Assembly: GCA_021323165.1 (NCBI GenBank)
Contig: JAJTCJ010000001.1
Coordinates: 14,205 to 78,204 of the forward strand
Direction of reading: 5' to 3'
From: Bacteroidota bacterium
GTDB taxonomy: Bacteria; Bacteroidota; Bacteroidia; 2-12-FULL-35-15
DNA: 64,000 nt
Within the stretch, counting starts at the first letter, position 1. Every line of letters begins with the position of its first letter. The notes beneath the pieces were generated by a model. It was not told where the DNA came from and made no database searches. It was given only the letters and a program-made list of their open reading frames with translations. Made by a program: the position numbers and the translations under genes. Positions 20,654-30,731 of the stretch are shown here, piece after piece.

Positions 20654-22453
20654 ATGATGGGATATATTGAAAAAAACTATAAAAAGCTGGTCATCATTAC
20701 AGGCTGTTTATTTTTTTCCTATTTCCTGTTTCTTTCATGGATCTATTACAAAGAGAGAGTACTGTCTTTTGATCCTGCATTTTTTGCATTTCAAATAATA
20801 GACACTCAGAATTACAGCATTGCACTGGGGCGCTGGGGTGCTATATTTTCTCAGATCCTTCCTTTGATTGCCCTTAAGAGCAACTGCAGCATGGAAACCT
20901 TCCTCCGGTTGTTTTCCATTGCACCAATTATTAACTACATAATTGTTTTTCTCATAATAATCGCATTAAAGAATTATCGCGCAGCAATAGCGCTAATGCT
21001 TGTATTGTGCCTTGGCTTCAGACATGCATTTTATTATACCACCGCAGAACTTTATTTCGGGCTGGCACTATCGGTTTTATTTTGGGCAATTATCGCTCCT
21101 GAAAAGGAATATGATACTGCTATTAAAAAATGGCTGGCTTTGCTTTTTTCTATTGTACTGATCTATATAATGTCTTATTTACATCAGCTTACTGTATTCG
21201 CAATTGTTTTTATTCTAATATGGGAGTTTATATCCGGAAACAAATATAAAGATGTAAGATTGTGGATGATTTTTGCTGCTGCTAGTATCTGGTTTTATAT
21301 TCGAATATTTGTGCTTACTAACACAGAATATGAAAGCGAAAAGATACCAAGTTTATCCGTTTTTATAGAACAGCTGCCCTTTATACGATACTCTCCCAGC
21401 GGGATGTATTTTAAGCACTATGCAAAGTATGAGATCTGGCCTTTATTTCTGGTGTTTTTCATTTCCTGGATCTATTTATTTAAAATGAAAAAATGGTTGA
21501 ATGTTTTGTTCCTTCCTGCTTTTTCTATCGCTTTCTTAGTTCTTATTCTTATAACTTATTATAAAGGCGAGTCAGCATTGATGTATGAGAATTATTACAC
21601 AGTATTTGGTGTATTTGCAGGAATAGCATTCATGTATGTGTTATACAACAATGTAAGCGAAAAATGGCGCTTATTATGGATCATACCATTGTTGGTGATT
21701 AGTGTGCATGGTATTCATAACGCGCATGCAAGCTTTACGAAAAGGGTTGACTACCTGGATCGTCTTGTTTCCGAAGGCAGAAAGCACGAGAAGAAAAAAT
21801 TTCTGGTCAGTTCTCAAAATTTTCCCTGGCAATATGGATGGGTACATTGGGCATTGCCTTTCGAGACTACTTTATATTCTGCTATTGCCGGAGCGGATTC
21901 AGTGGTAACTTGTTTTGTCACTCCTGAGATCGACAAATATGATTCATTGATAAATAAAGAGAATGTTTTTCTTGGACCTGAATGGGCGGTAACATGGTTT
22001 GAGAGTCACCATCTTAAACAGAACTACTTTCGTTTTCCCTCTTCGGGATATGCAAAATTAAATACAAGTCAGGCAGATAGCGCTTTTCACGAAAGCGATT
22101 TCGACAAAGGGAATATTTTGATAAAACCTTTACAGGATACTTATTATTCGGATGCTGACTCTTTTATTGTGGCTGAAATAGAAATAACCAATCTTCTTTA
22201 TAAAACATTTGCGTCAATTCCTAAGGGAAACAATCCGGTATTCTTAAGCTATCACATAGAGCAGGGAGGGAAAACGGTTGTATTTGACGGGAAAAGAACG
22301 CCCCTTGAAGCTGACTTAAAAGGCAAAATCATTCAAAGCATAATGGTCACACTTCCGGAAAAAAAAGGAGATTATACAGTTGAGGTGGATCTTGTTACTG
22401 AAAATAAGCGGTGGTGGGAAATAAGGAGTAAATTCAAGCTGATTGTCAGATAA
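20654..22453 (+). CDS. Polytopic GT-C-like protein with C-terminal Ig-like domain (F)
   Basis: LSFDPAFF loop motif, about 11 TMs; C-terminal VFLSYH...DGKRTPL...GDYTVEVDLVTENKRWW beta-sandwich pattern. Confidence 0.6.
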   Translation: MMGYIEKNYKKLVIITGCLFFSYFLFLSWIYYKERVLSFDPAFFAFQIIDTQNYSIALGRWGAIFSQILPLIALKSNCSMETFLRLFSIAPIINYIIVFLIIIALKNYRAAIALMLVLCLGFRHAFYYTTAELYFGLALSVLFWAIIAPEKEYDTAIKKWLALLFSIVLIYIMSYLHQLTVFAIVFILIWEFISGNKYKDVRLWMIFAAASIWFYIRIFVLTNTEYESEKIPSLSVFIEQLPFIRYSPSGMYFKHYAKYEIWPLFLVFFISWIYLFKMKKWLNVLFLPAFSIAFLVLILITYYKGESALMYENYYTVFGVFAGIAFMYVLYNNVSEKWRLLWIIPLLVISVHGIHNAHASFTKRVDYLDRLVSEGRKHEKKKFLVSSQNFPWQYGWVHWALPFETTLYSAIAGADSVVTCFVTPEIDKYDSLINKENVFLGPEWAVTWFESHHLKQNYFRFPSSGYAKLNTSQADSAFHESDFDKGNILIKPLQDTYYSDADSFIVAEIEITNLLYKTFASIPKGNNPVFLSYHIEQGGKTVVFDGKRTPLEADLKGKIIQSIMVTLPEKKGDYTVEVDLVTENKRWWEIRSKFKLIVR

Positions 22454-22464
22454 AAAATCGAAAG

Positions 22465-24249
22465 ATGTCTATTAAAAGATTTTTAAAACTTAACAGCACA
22501 ACCATTATCTGGCTGATCGTGTTTTCCTGGGTGTGTATAATCGGTTCATCCAGACATTGGGAAAAGAACCTGATCAGCAATGATGTTGTTTCTTATTATG
22601 GTTATCTGCCAGCAGCCATAATTCACCATGATATAAAATTGGATTTCATTGTCGGACATGATGAATATGCCGGAAAATATTGGCCTGAGAATGCACCTAA
22701 TGGCGGAAGGGTAATAAAAACCACAATGGGTTTGTCTTTTTTGTACCTCCCCTTTTTTTTAACAGGCCATGCAATAGCCAAGGTTTTCGATTATCCTGCT
22801 GATGGTTATTCGGCACCCTATTTAATTCTTATGCTACTCAGTTGTTTGTTTTACCTGGTTATCGGATTTCATTTTTTACGCAAGCTCCTGCTGATTTTTT
22901 TTACAGATGGAATTACTTCGCTTACCATGGCCTCTGTGTTTTTTGGAACGAATTTACTTTGGTATGCAACATTCGATGGGCTGATGTCTCACGCTTACCT
23001 GTTTACTATTCTTATTGTTTTTATTTACCTGGTTGTGAAATGGCACCAGGAACAACAACTTAAGACAGCAATTTTAATAGGACTCTCCGGAGGATTAATG
23101 ACATTGATCCGCCCAACGATGATTGTTTGTTTTGTGATTTTTGCACTTTATTCAGTTTATGATAAGCAATCTTTTACGGCAAAATTAAAACAACTTACAG
23201 GCAGACCATTTCATCTGGTGATTATTGCTTTATGTGCTTTTATTGTTCTTCTTCCTCAGCTGGCCTACTGGAAATACATTACAGGAAATTTCTTTTTCTT
23301 TTCTTATGTGGGTGAACGTTTTTACTGGAACAATCCACACATTATCGAAGGGCTGATTGGTTTCAGAAAAGGCTGGTTATTATATACACCAATAATGGTC
23401 TTTGCGATAGCAGGCGTTTTCTATATGCGGAAAAATGTACCGGAATTTTTATTGTCGGTTGCCATTCTTTTGCCGTTGTTAATTTATGTTTTCTTTTCCT
23501 GGTGGGCTTGGTGGTATGGAGGCTCTTTCGGATTAAGGGCATTTGTAGATTATTACGGGTTGCTTGCGATTCCGCTAGCAAGTTTTTATACACAAGCTTT
23601 CCAGGCGAAATTTAAAAAAATTAAATGGGTAGTGGCAACAGCAGCGTTTCTTCTGATCTTTTTAAACATGTTTCAAACCTGGCAATTCAACAAAGGACTG
23701 ATCCATTATGATTCAATGACAAAAGAATCATATATACTGGGTTTTGGGATGAAACATCATACTGCGGAATGGTATGATGCCTTGGAGGCACCGGATTATA
23801 ACCGTGCACGGAAAGGGATTTCAGAAACATATTCTGAAGAAGAAATAAAAAATATTACAGCCGCGAACCAGATCAGGTTCAAAGGGTTTAATAATTTATT
23901 TGTGACTTGCGAGATTGCCGGAAGGAAGGAGCTTACTTCAACGCGAAACGAACCGAGTGAATGGGAAACATTTTCTTTTGTGCCCTTAGGAAATAACAAA
24001 GTGGCAATAAAAGTGGCAGACGGCAATTATATAAGTGCTGAAACTGAAATGACAGATAAACTTTATGGAAATAAGCCGGAAATAGGAAGTCAAGAAACTT
24101 TTGAATTGATTTATTTGGGAAACAACCGCTTTGCACTTAAGGCAGCTAACGGAAAATATGTTCATGTTAATTCGAAAGATCCATTCCTTCTGAAAGTGAA
24201 TGCCAAGTCCATTGGCAAGAGGGAAAAATTACGGATATATATAAATTAA
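22465..24249 (+). CDS. GT-C-like glycosyltransferase with C-terminal fascin-like beta-trefoil (G)
   Basis: NDVVSYYGYLP, LIRPT, FRKGWLLYTP, WWAWWYGGSFGLR; C-terminal WETF/QETF repeats with ALKAANGKYV. Confidence 0.75.
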   Translation: MSIKRFLKLNSTTIIWLIVFSWVCIIGSSRHWEKNLISNDVVSYYGYLPAAIIHHDIKLDFIVGHDEYAGKYWPENAPNGGRVIKTTMGLSFLYLPFFLTGHAIAKVFDYPADGYSAPYLILMLLSCLFYLVIGFHFLRKLLLIFFTDGITSLTMASVFFGTNLLWYATFDGLMSHAYLFTILIVFIYLVVKWHQEQQLKTAILIGLSGGLMTLIRPTMIVCFVIFALYSVYDKQSFTAKLKQLTGRPFHLVIIALCAFIVLLPQLAYWKYITGNFFFFSYVGERFYWNNPHIIEGLIGFRKGWLLYTPIMVFAIAGVFYMRKNVPEFLLSVAILLPLLIYVFFSWWAWWYGGSFGLRAFVDYYGLLAIPLASFYTQAFQAKFKKIKWVVATAAFLLIFLNMFQTWQFNKGLIHYDSMTKESYILGFGMKHHTAEWYDALEAPDYNRARKGISETYSEEEIKNITAANQIRFKGFNNLFVTCEIAGRKELTSTRNEPSEWETFSFVPLGNNKVAIKVADGNYISAETEMTDKLYGNKPEIGSQETFELIYLGNNRFALKAANGKYVHVNSKDPFLLKVNAKSIGKREKLRIYIN

Positions 24250-24273
24250 TTTTGCTAACACGTAATTAATCAG

Positions 24274-26157
24274 ATGAGAATTACTAAAGAGCCTGCAAAG
24301 AAAACCACTGCGAGATATTCCTTAATTGTAATGATCGCAATCGTAGGGTGGCTGAGTGCAACATCTTTTAATAAAACAGAGAACCCAATGTCATGGGACC
24401 TGTTTGGTTATTATCTGTATTCTCCTGCAATAATTATCTGGGATGATCCTGCGCTTAAGGATTTCTCAAAGGTTGAAGAAACGAATGCGAAGTATCACAA
24501 TACTCCTTCTTTTTATCAGGGAAGCAAAACAGAGAACGGATCCTGGATGATCAAATATACCCTGGGCTCTGCTCTAATGGAGCTTCCGTTTTTTATGACA
24601 GCTCATTTTATTGCACCTTCCCTGGGCTATGAACAAGATGGTTTTTCTGAACCCTATCAGCAGGCAATGATCCTGTGTCATTTTTTTTACCTTATAGTCG
24701 GAGTTGTTTTTCTGAGGAAAGTTGTTCTTAAATTCTTTTCTGATAAAATTACCGCCTTCCTGCTGGTTCTAATATTGCTGGGCACAAATTATTATATCAC
24801 ATCGGGCGGTGTTTCCATACATACAATGGAGTTCTCTTTGTTTTCTATTATACTGTATCTCACGATCCGGTGGCATGAAGACCCGAAAAGATCACTTGCT
24901 ATACTATTAGGACTGTGTGTGGGACTTTCGATTATCGTAAGGCCAACTGATGGTTTAATAGCCCTGATTCCCATTTTATGGAATGTTACTTCTGTTAAAA
25001 CGTTCAAAGAAAAAATTAAATTTTACTTTTCAAATTATAAATTTCAACTACTTCTGATCATCGTTTTCTGTTTCGCAATTGTTTTTCTACAAATGTGGTA
25101 TTGGAAAACGGTAAACGACACCTGGCTGATCATGAGTTACAATAATAATGCAGGGGAGGGATTCGAGTTTTTACAACCATATCTTCTTGAGGTTTTATTC
25201 AGCTTCAGAAAGGGTTGGTTTATTTATACACCACTGATGATATTAGCGACCATCGGTTTTATCCAAATGTATAAAAAGAACAAAAAAATATTCTATGCTG
25301 TTTTTATATTTTTTCTTTTAAATGTATACGTGGTTTCCAGTTGGAGCTGCTGGTGGTATGCCGGATGTTACGGTCAGCGTGCAATGGTTGAATCTTATGC
25401 TGTTTTAATTTTACCACTTGGATATTTTATTGAAGGCACTCTTTCCTCTCAAAAAGCGATTGTAAGGTGGGGTTCACTGATTCTTATTTTACTTCTTTTG
25501 GGATTAAATATTTTTCAGAGCTGGCAGTATGACAATGGAATCCTGCATGGCGACCGGATGACCCGCAGTTATTATTTCAAAATTTTCGGAAAAACAAAAG
25601 TAGAAGATGAGCACAAAAAATTATTGTTAGTTGACCGGTCTCAGGGAGGCATCGAGCATTTCTCACAGGAAGGAGATTATAACAAAAGGCTTTTGTTTAT
25701 GGATGATTTTGAAACTATAGAAGGAAACAAAGATCAATATGTTGATTCCGTCTTAAGAAATGGCAAATTTTCCATTAAAGTCGACAGTAATTTTATATTC
25801 ACACGGAACAATGAGCTGCCTTATAATCTGATCACACGAAAAGATCATGCATGGATCCGCACCTCTTTTTGGTATTATACAAGAGCAAACCTTCTGGATA
25901 ACAGGCTTGGTTTAGTGGTTACATTTACAAATAAGAAAGGGGAGGCTTATAAATACAGTGTTGTTGATATCGGAACTCAGGCGGGCGATCAAGCCAGTCC
26001 CGGGCAATGGATTAAATACACTGTAGATTATCTAACGCCCGAAGTGCGTGATGAGAACGATAAGCTTAATATTTATTTCTGGCTGAGAGGTAAGCAGCCG
26101 GTTTATATTGACGATTTCAAGGTAGAAGCGTATGAGCGGAAAGAAGCAGGTAAATAA
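24274..26157 (+). CDS. GT-C-like glycosyltransferase, paralog of 22465, with C-terminal CBM-like domain (H)
   Basis: WDLFGYYLYSP, IVRPT, FRKGWFIYTP, WSCWWYAGCYGQR; C-terminal DDFE...GQWIKY...KLNIYFW...YIDDFKVE. Confidence 0.75.
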   Translation: MRITKEPAKKTTARYSLIVMIAIVGWLSATSFNKTENPMSWDLFGYYLYSPAIIIWDDPALKDFSKVEETNAKYHNTPSFYQGSKTENGSWMIKYTLGSALMELPFFMTAHFIAPSLGYEQDGFSEPYQQAMILCHFFYLIVGVVFLRKVVLKFFSDKITAFLLVLILLGTNYYITSGGVSIHTMEFSLFSIILYLTIRWHEDPKRSLAILLGLCVGLSIIVRPTDGLIALIPILWNVTSVKTFKEKIKFYFSNYKFQLLLIIVFCFAIVFLQMWYWKTVNDTWLIMSYNNNAGEGFEFLQPYLLEVLFSFRKGWFIYTPLMILATIGFIQMYKKNKKIFYAVFIFFLLNVYVVSSWSCWWYAGCYGQRAMVESYAVLILPLGYFIEGTLSSQKAIVRWGSLILILLLLGLNIFQSWQYDNGILHGDRMTRSYYFKIFGKTKVEDEHKKLLLVDRSQGGIEHFSQEGDYNKRLLFMDDFETIEGNKDQYVDSVLRNGKFSIKVDSNFIFTRNNELPYNLITRKDHAWIRTSFWYYTRANLLDNRLGLVVTFTNKKGEAYKYSVVDIGTQAGDQASPGQWIKYTVDYLTPEVRDENDKLNIYFWLRGKQPVYIDDFKVEAYERKEAGK

Positions 26158-26184
26158 ATAGACAATAGAAAGTTAAAACATACT

Positions 26185-28076
26185 TTGAACGAAACCGGGC
26201 AAAAAAAGAAGAACAAATTTTTATACATAGGAACTGTATGTGCTATTATATTGTTTTCTTTTTTGTATTACGCTCCTTGTAATTTTTGGGACTATAGCTC
26301 AGATCAGGCTATTCACGTTCTGATGGCGAAAACCTTTCAACTTCCCCGAGATTTTTATTATTGGGGACAAAACAGACTGGGCAGTTTATTGCCTATGGTA
26401 GCATCTCTATTTGGCAGAGTATTTCCCGTACATACTTTATATATATGTTCATTTGTCCAATACGCTTTTTTATTTACCGGATTTTACCTTATTTCAACTC
26501 AACTCAAAAGTCCTCTTTTGAAAATCGCCATATGCGCTGTCATATTTATGCCTGTCAATGAATATATATATCTGGTAGAGCTCGGACATCCATACTCTTC
26601 ACAGTTATTTGCAGGAAGCATTTTTATTTATATGTGTTCTGCTCTAAGAAAATATTTACTTGCGAATCGCCAATTCGGATTAAAACAATTACTTATTTCG
26701 GTGTTATTGAGCTTCGGTAGTTCATTCTTCTTTTTAGTAGGAATATGGGTCTCCGAATTTAATGCAGTCTTAGTTTTAATTCCGATGATATTTATTTTAA
26801 AGGAGAAGGAGTTAAGAACAATTATTTTGGAAAGATTCCGGAATATTTATTTTATAATTTTTGAACTTTTGTTGTTAGTATTATTCATCAGTACACTTCA
26901 TTTTTATAAGCTAATAAAAGCAAATGGCCTTGAGGATGAGGCATACAATAAAGTCTTTCTTGACAATGCCCAGGATATAGGGAAAAATGTTGATTTTTTT
27001 CTTGCAAGGCTTAAAGCAAGTTTACTTTTTACAGATCCTCACCCGTTTGAGAATTTTTTTAACTGGTATTTAATTATTTTTTCAGGGATAATATTTGTCA
27101 TTTTAAAAACAAACAAACGCGTTCAAAAATCAACATTGATCTATTCATTGCTTGTGGTATGTACTGTTTCAACGATAATGTTGTTTTGTTCAATCTGGAA
27201 TTTAAGGAGCGATTTCCGCCCTAGATATTTTACACCGGTCTATATTATATTTTGCTTTATTCTTTTGTTGTTTGCAGATCAGGCTTATTTTAAAAAATAT
27301 GCAAAATTTGTGGTTTCTCTCCTTTTTGTTTTTTTTGGAGTTGTATATTGTTACAGTTCTTCAATAAGCAAAAAATTCCTGGCCCATTTGAATTGTATGG
27401 TGAATATCAAAAATTACCAAGAGGAACAATAATAGGTCGATATTGGGATGTGTATTTAATAAATTCAGTTGCAATTGATAGTTTACAGTCCTTGCCCTTT
27501 GAAGGCGAACTTATCAGGAATTATGAGTGGAGAAACCTGCCATTAAAAGAAACAAACTTCTATCTTCTTAATAACGGTAAGGGGTTCCCGGGCGGCTTAA
27601 CTGATATTGTTTTCCAGCATGGCTTTCTTTTGAAGAATTCGGGAATAAAATATATTTGTAATGGAACAGAAGTGTTGCTTTATCACAAACTTTATCCGAT
27701 AAAAAAATTCATAATTAAAGCTGCAAATAATCAATATGTTTCTGTTGACTCTCAAACAAATTTGCTTACTGCAAACAAATCTATTTCAGAGGCAGAGGTT
27801 TTTGAACTAACCGCGACTATGAATGGAACCGCATTAAAAGCATCAAACGGGAAATTCGTGTCGGCAGATTTGGCAGGAAATGGAAACCTGGCAGCGAAGA
27901 GCGACAATGCAAATGGTTGGGAAATTTTTCAGATTATTGAACATGATGGTAAGAAAATTAGTTTGCGAACAACAAATGATAAATTTGTAAGTGCCAACTT
28001 ATCTGATAATGCTGTTATGACCGCAAACAGAGACAAAGCATCCGATTGGGAAATATTTCAACTGGAACCAAGATAG
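26185..28076 (+). pseudogene. Frameshifted GT-C-like glycosyltransferase plus fascin-like beta-trefoil (I); ORFs 26185-27432 and 27348-28076
   Basis: SSDQAIHVLMA and YYWGQNRLGS in the TM part; the -1 frame (open from 27294) carries the periplasmic and trefoil domains. One extra base in T8 (27329-27336) or A6 (27370-27375) gives one 630-aa ORF. Confidence 0.72.
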
Positions 28077-28125
28077 AAACACGGGGGAATGCGAAGGATA
28101 TTATGCTTTGGATTAATAATCCATA

Positions 28126-30111
28126 TTATTTTATCACTTTAAAAGTAAAAGTTTCCCAACCTCCCGGATTATCCCGGCTTGCAGTTAATGTATCACCATG
28201 CGGTGAGTACCCGCAAACATATTTATTTAAAGAGGATTTAATAGTTACTTTATAAAAGCCTTCATATGTTATCTCGAAGGTTTCCCATTCGTTTATCTGA
28301 TCCCTGTTTGCATATAGATAGCCTGTTTTTGCATCCCTGTCTTCGCAGACAAACTTACCCTGAGATGTTTTAAGTGCAGAAAAGCCATTTCCTAAATCAA
28401 TTTGCTCAAAAACTTCAGCTTTCAATGGATCTGTCTGATTTGCAACCAATAAATGATCATTAGTAACTGAAAGATAATTTTTGTTATGTGCCTGAATGAT
28501 AAATTTTTCTCCTTTATCAACTCGTCCTAAAGGCATCCAATGATTTATAGAGTCGTTGAAATATTGATTTCCCTTTGTGTCAATTTTAATTAATGAACAC
28601 CGTGAATAAGCAAACTCTTTTAGCATTTCCAGTTTAACATGAGCTTTCTTTAGTTCCTCCACAAGAAACATGTCCACATAATAATAGTCAATTCCAGGGA
28701 AAATTAATCCTCTGATATTAAACTCCATGTTTTTATGGCAAAAAGTTTCCGCGTCATAATAATAAGGGTTTAATTCTTCCAGTTCTAAAGGATATTCCCA
28801 GGCTTTAGCGACTTGTTTAACAGAAAGAGAATCATAATTTAGCCGGCTTTTATAAAAACTCACTGAGGGGTAACGGATATATTCAATTCCAAGTAATGTA
28901 TTCCCGGGATGGTTTTCTTTTAAATAGGTTAACATGTCTTTCGTTCCCGCTTCATAACGCCACGAATAACAATATTTAAAATTCAGACAAAAAATGAAAT
29001 GCGTTAAAAGAAGGAAAAATATGATTCGATTAACCACATTTAAAATGTTGTTTTGAAAAAGAAATATTCCATAGAACAAAACGAGGATCATAAGTGGATA
29101 ATACATAATAGCCGTTCTTTCTGCCGGATAATGAGTTTGAAAAAGTATGTGTTGTGCCAGGGGGGATAACAATGAGCCTAAAAACAACAGGGATAAGCAG
29201 TTTATCACATTAAACTTTTTGACTCTTACTAATAGGTATAAATGATAAAGGGCTATCATTATCGCTGCAGAGAACATTATAATGAATATTATTTTTGCTA
29301 CATGACTATAACTTTTAAAGTATCCAAAGCATGTCCCTAAAGAGCAAATGGTGTCATGAAATAAGTTATTCCTCCCCCCAAACATAAGGTGCCCTCCGTT
29401 TTTTAACTGAAGGAGAGTGGGAAGAAGTAAACAAATGAAGCCTGCTGTTAAAATAACTATCAGGCCGGTTTTTATCAAAATATTTTTAGAAGTGTTTCCT
29501 GAAAACACAATCAGTAATATCAAAATTGCTGTGAGGGGAAGAAAAAAATTGAGCAATGTGAAATTAGCAACAACGGCCACCATTCCTGCAAACAAAGCAA
29601 CAATAGCAGATACAAAAAGTTTTTTTCTGCAGAATGTAAGCAAATAGCACAGGCTTAAAAGCATAAAAGCCAAACCCATGCCATATCCTCTTGCCAAACT
29701 AAAAAAGTCTAACAGAAACGGCATCGCAGTCAGAAGAACCAGAATGTAAGTTTTATACTCGGGTTTTATAAGAGTGGCAATTTTTATGCTGGCAAACAGA
29801 TATATTATAAAGGCCAGGACATTTGGTAATCGGATAACAAAGGCTGAGTCACCTAAAAGGGCGGTCGATGCCTTCATTAATAAACTATTCAATATATGAT
29901 AGTTTGCAGATTCGCCCATGGTTGACAATGAAAAGCCATTCAATGTTTCAAATGAAATGATTTCATCATACGTCAGAGACAGATTGTTGGCTCGAACAGC
30001 GACATAAAGAAAAAGCAATAGGGCATAGATTCCAAGCAAATATTGTTTAACAGGTCCTGGAGAGCTAACGTCTAATTTGAGGTCAACGTTTAAGTTTTTA
30101 CCTGAAGTCAT
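28126..30111 (-). CDS. ArnT/PMT-like GT-C glycosyltransferase, paralog of 15212, with C-terminal fascin-like beta-trefoil (J)
   Basis: LTYDEIISF, ANYHILNS, DFFSLARGYG, WRYEAGTKDML; three AEVF/WETF trefoil repeats. Confidence 0.75.
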   Translation of the reverse strand: MTSGKNLNVDLKLDVSSPGPVKQYLLGIYALLLFLYVAVRANNLSLTYDEIISFETLNGFSLSTMGESANYHILNSLLMKASTALLGDSAFVIRLPNVLAFIIYLFASIKIATLIKPEYKTYILVLLTAMPFLLDFFSLARGYGMGLAFMLLSLCYLLTFCRKKLFVSAIVALFAGMVAVVANFTLLNFFLPLTAILILLIVFSGNTSKNILIKTGLIVILTAGFICLLLPTLLQLKNGGHLMFGGRNNLFHDTICSLGTCFGYFKSYSHVAKIIFIIMFSAAIMIALYHLYLLVRVKKFNVINCLSLLFLGSLLSPLAQHILFQTHYPAERTAIMYYPLMILVLFYGIFLFQNNILNVVNRIIFFLLLTHFIFCLNFKYCYSWRYEAGTKDMLTYLKENHPGNTLLGIEYIRYPSVSFYKSRLNYDSLSVKQVAKAWEYPLELEELNPYYYDAETFCHKNMEFNIRGLIFPGIDYYYVDMFLVEELKKAHVKLEMLKEFAYSRCSLIKIDTKGNQYFNDSINHWMPLGRVDKGEKFIIQAHNKNYLSVTNDHLLVANQTDPLKAEVFEQIDLGNGFSALKTSQGKFVCEDRDAKTGYLYANRDQINEWETFEITYEGFYKVTIKSSLNKYVCGYSPHGDTLTASRDNPGGWETFTFKVIK

Positions 30112-30194
30112 TGAAACATTTAACCATTTATTTGCTGAGTTAAAAAGGCGTATCCCTTATTTGAATTCTTGTAAACGAATAATTAATCTAATTC

Positions 30195-30728
30195 CTAATC
30201 CTTATAAAAAGAATAAGAAATATCGTCAAACAAAAAAGCATTCTTTCCTTTGTTCCAGATATATAATTTTAAGAAACATTCAGGCCGGATGTCTTTTTTA
30301 TTTACTTTATAACTTATGGTAATTGTTTCCCATGCATTGAATTTTGCAGGAACGATTGGTCTCCCATCCCAAAAAATATTCTTTTTTGATATGCTGTCAT
30401 CATCAATGGCCAACACAAATGTTGCATCAGGATACTTTTTATCCATGAAACATTTAAATGAAACTTCTATGTGGTCAATACTTTCATAAGATGGAATGTG
30501 TTTAATTTCCTTTATCGGGCCATATCCATACTCGATCTTATCACTTAATGATCCGCTTTTTCTGCCTGAAAAGGCTTTGGTTGAATCGATCCGGGAATCG
30601 GCAACGGATTCAAAATCATGATATTCATGATAAAGCAGCGTTGAGTTTTCGTGTGTATCCGTCTTTTTATTTTTGCAGGACGATAAAACAAGAATGCTGC
30701 CCAGAACAAGAAGAAGATTAAAGCGCAT
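30195..30728 (-). CDS. Lipoprotein consisting of a CBM-like beta-sandwich domain
   Basis: Lipobox LSSC; HDFES...AFSGRKSG...NAWETI...LKLYIWNKGKNAFLFDDI resembles the C-termini of 15212 and 24274. Confidence 0.72.
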   Translation of the reverse strand: MRFNLLLVLGSILVLSSCKNKKTDTHENSTLLYHEYHDFESVADSRIDSTKAFSGRKSGSLSDKIEYGYGPIKEIKHIPSYESIDHIEVSFKCFMDKKYPDATFVLAIDDDSISKKNIFWDGRPIVPAKFNAWETITISYKVNKKDIRPECFLKLYIWNKGKNAFLFDDISYSFYKD

Positions 30729-30731
30729 AAA

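Noticed and set aside
27369-27378. Programmed -1 ribosomal frameshift
   Set aside because: C-AAA-AAA is not a canonical X-XXY-YYZ heptamer and no clear stimulatory hairpin follows; an indel is simpler.
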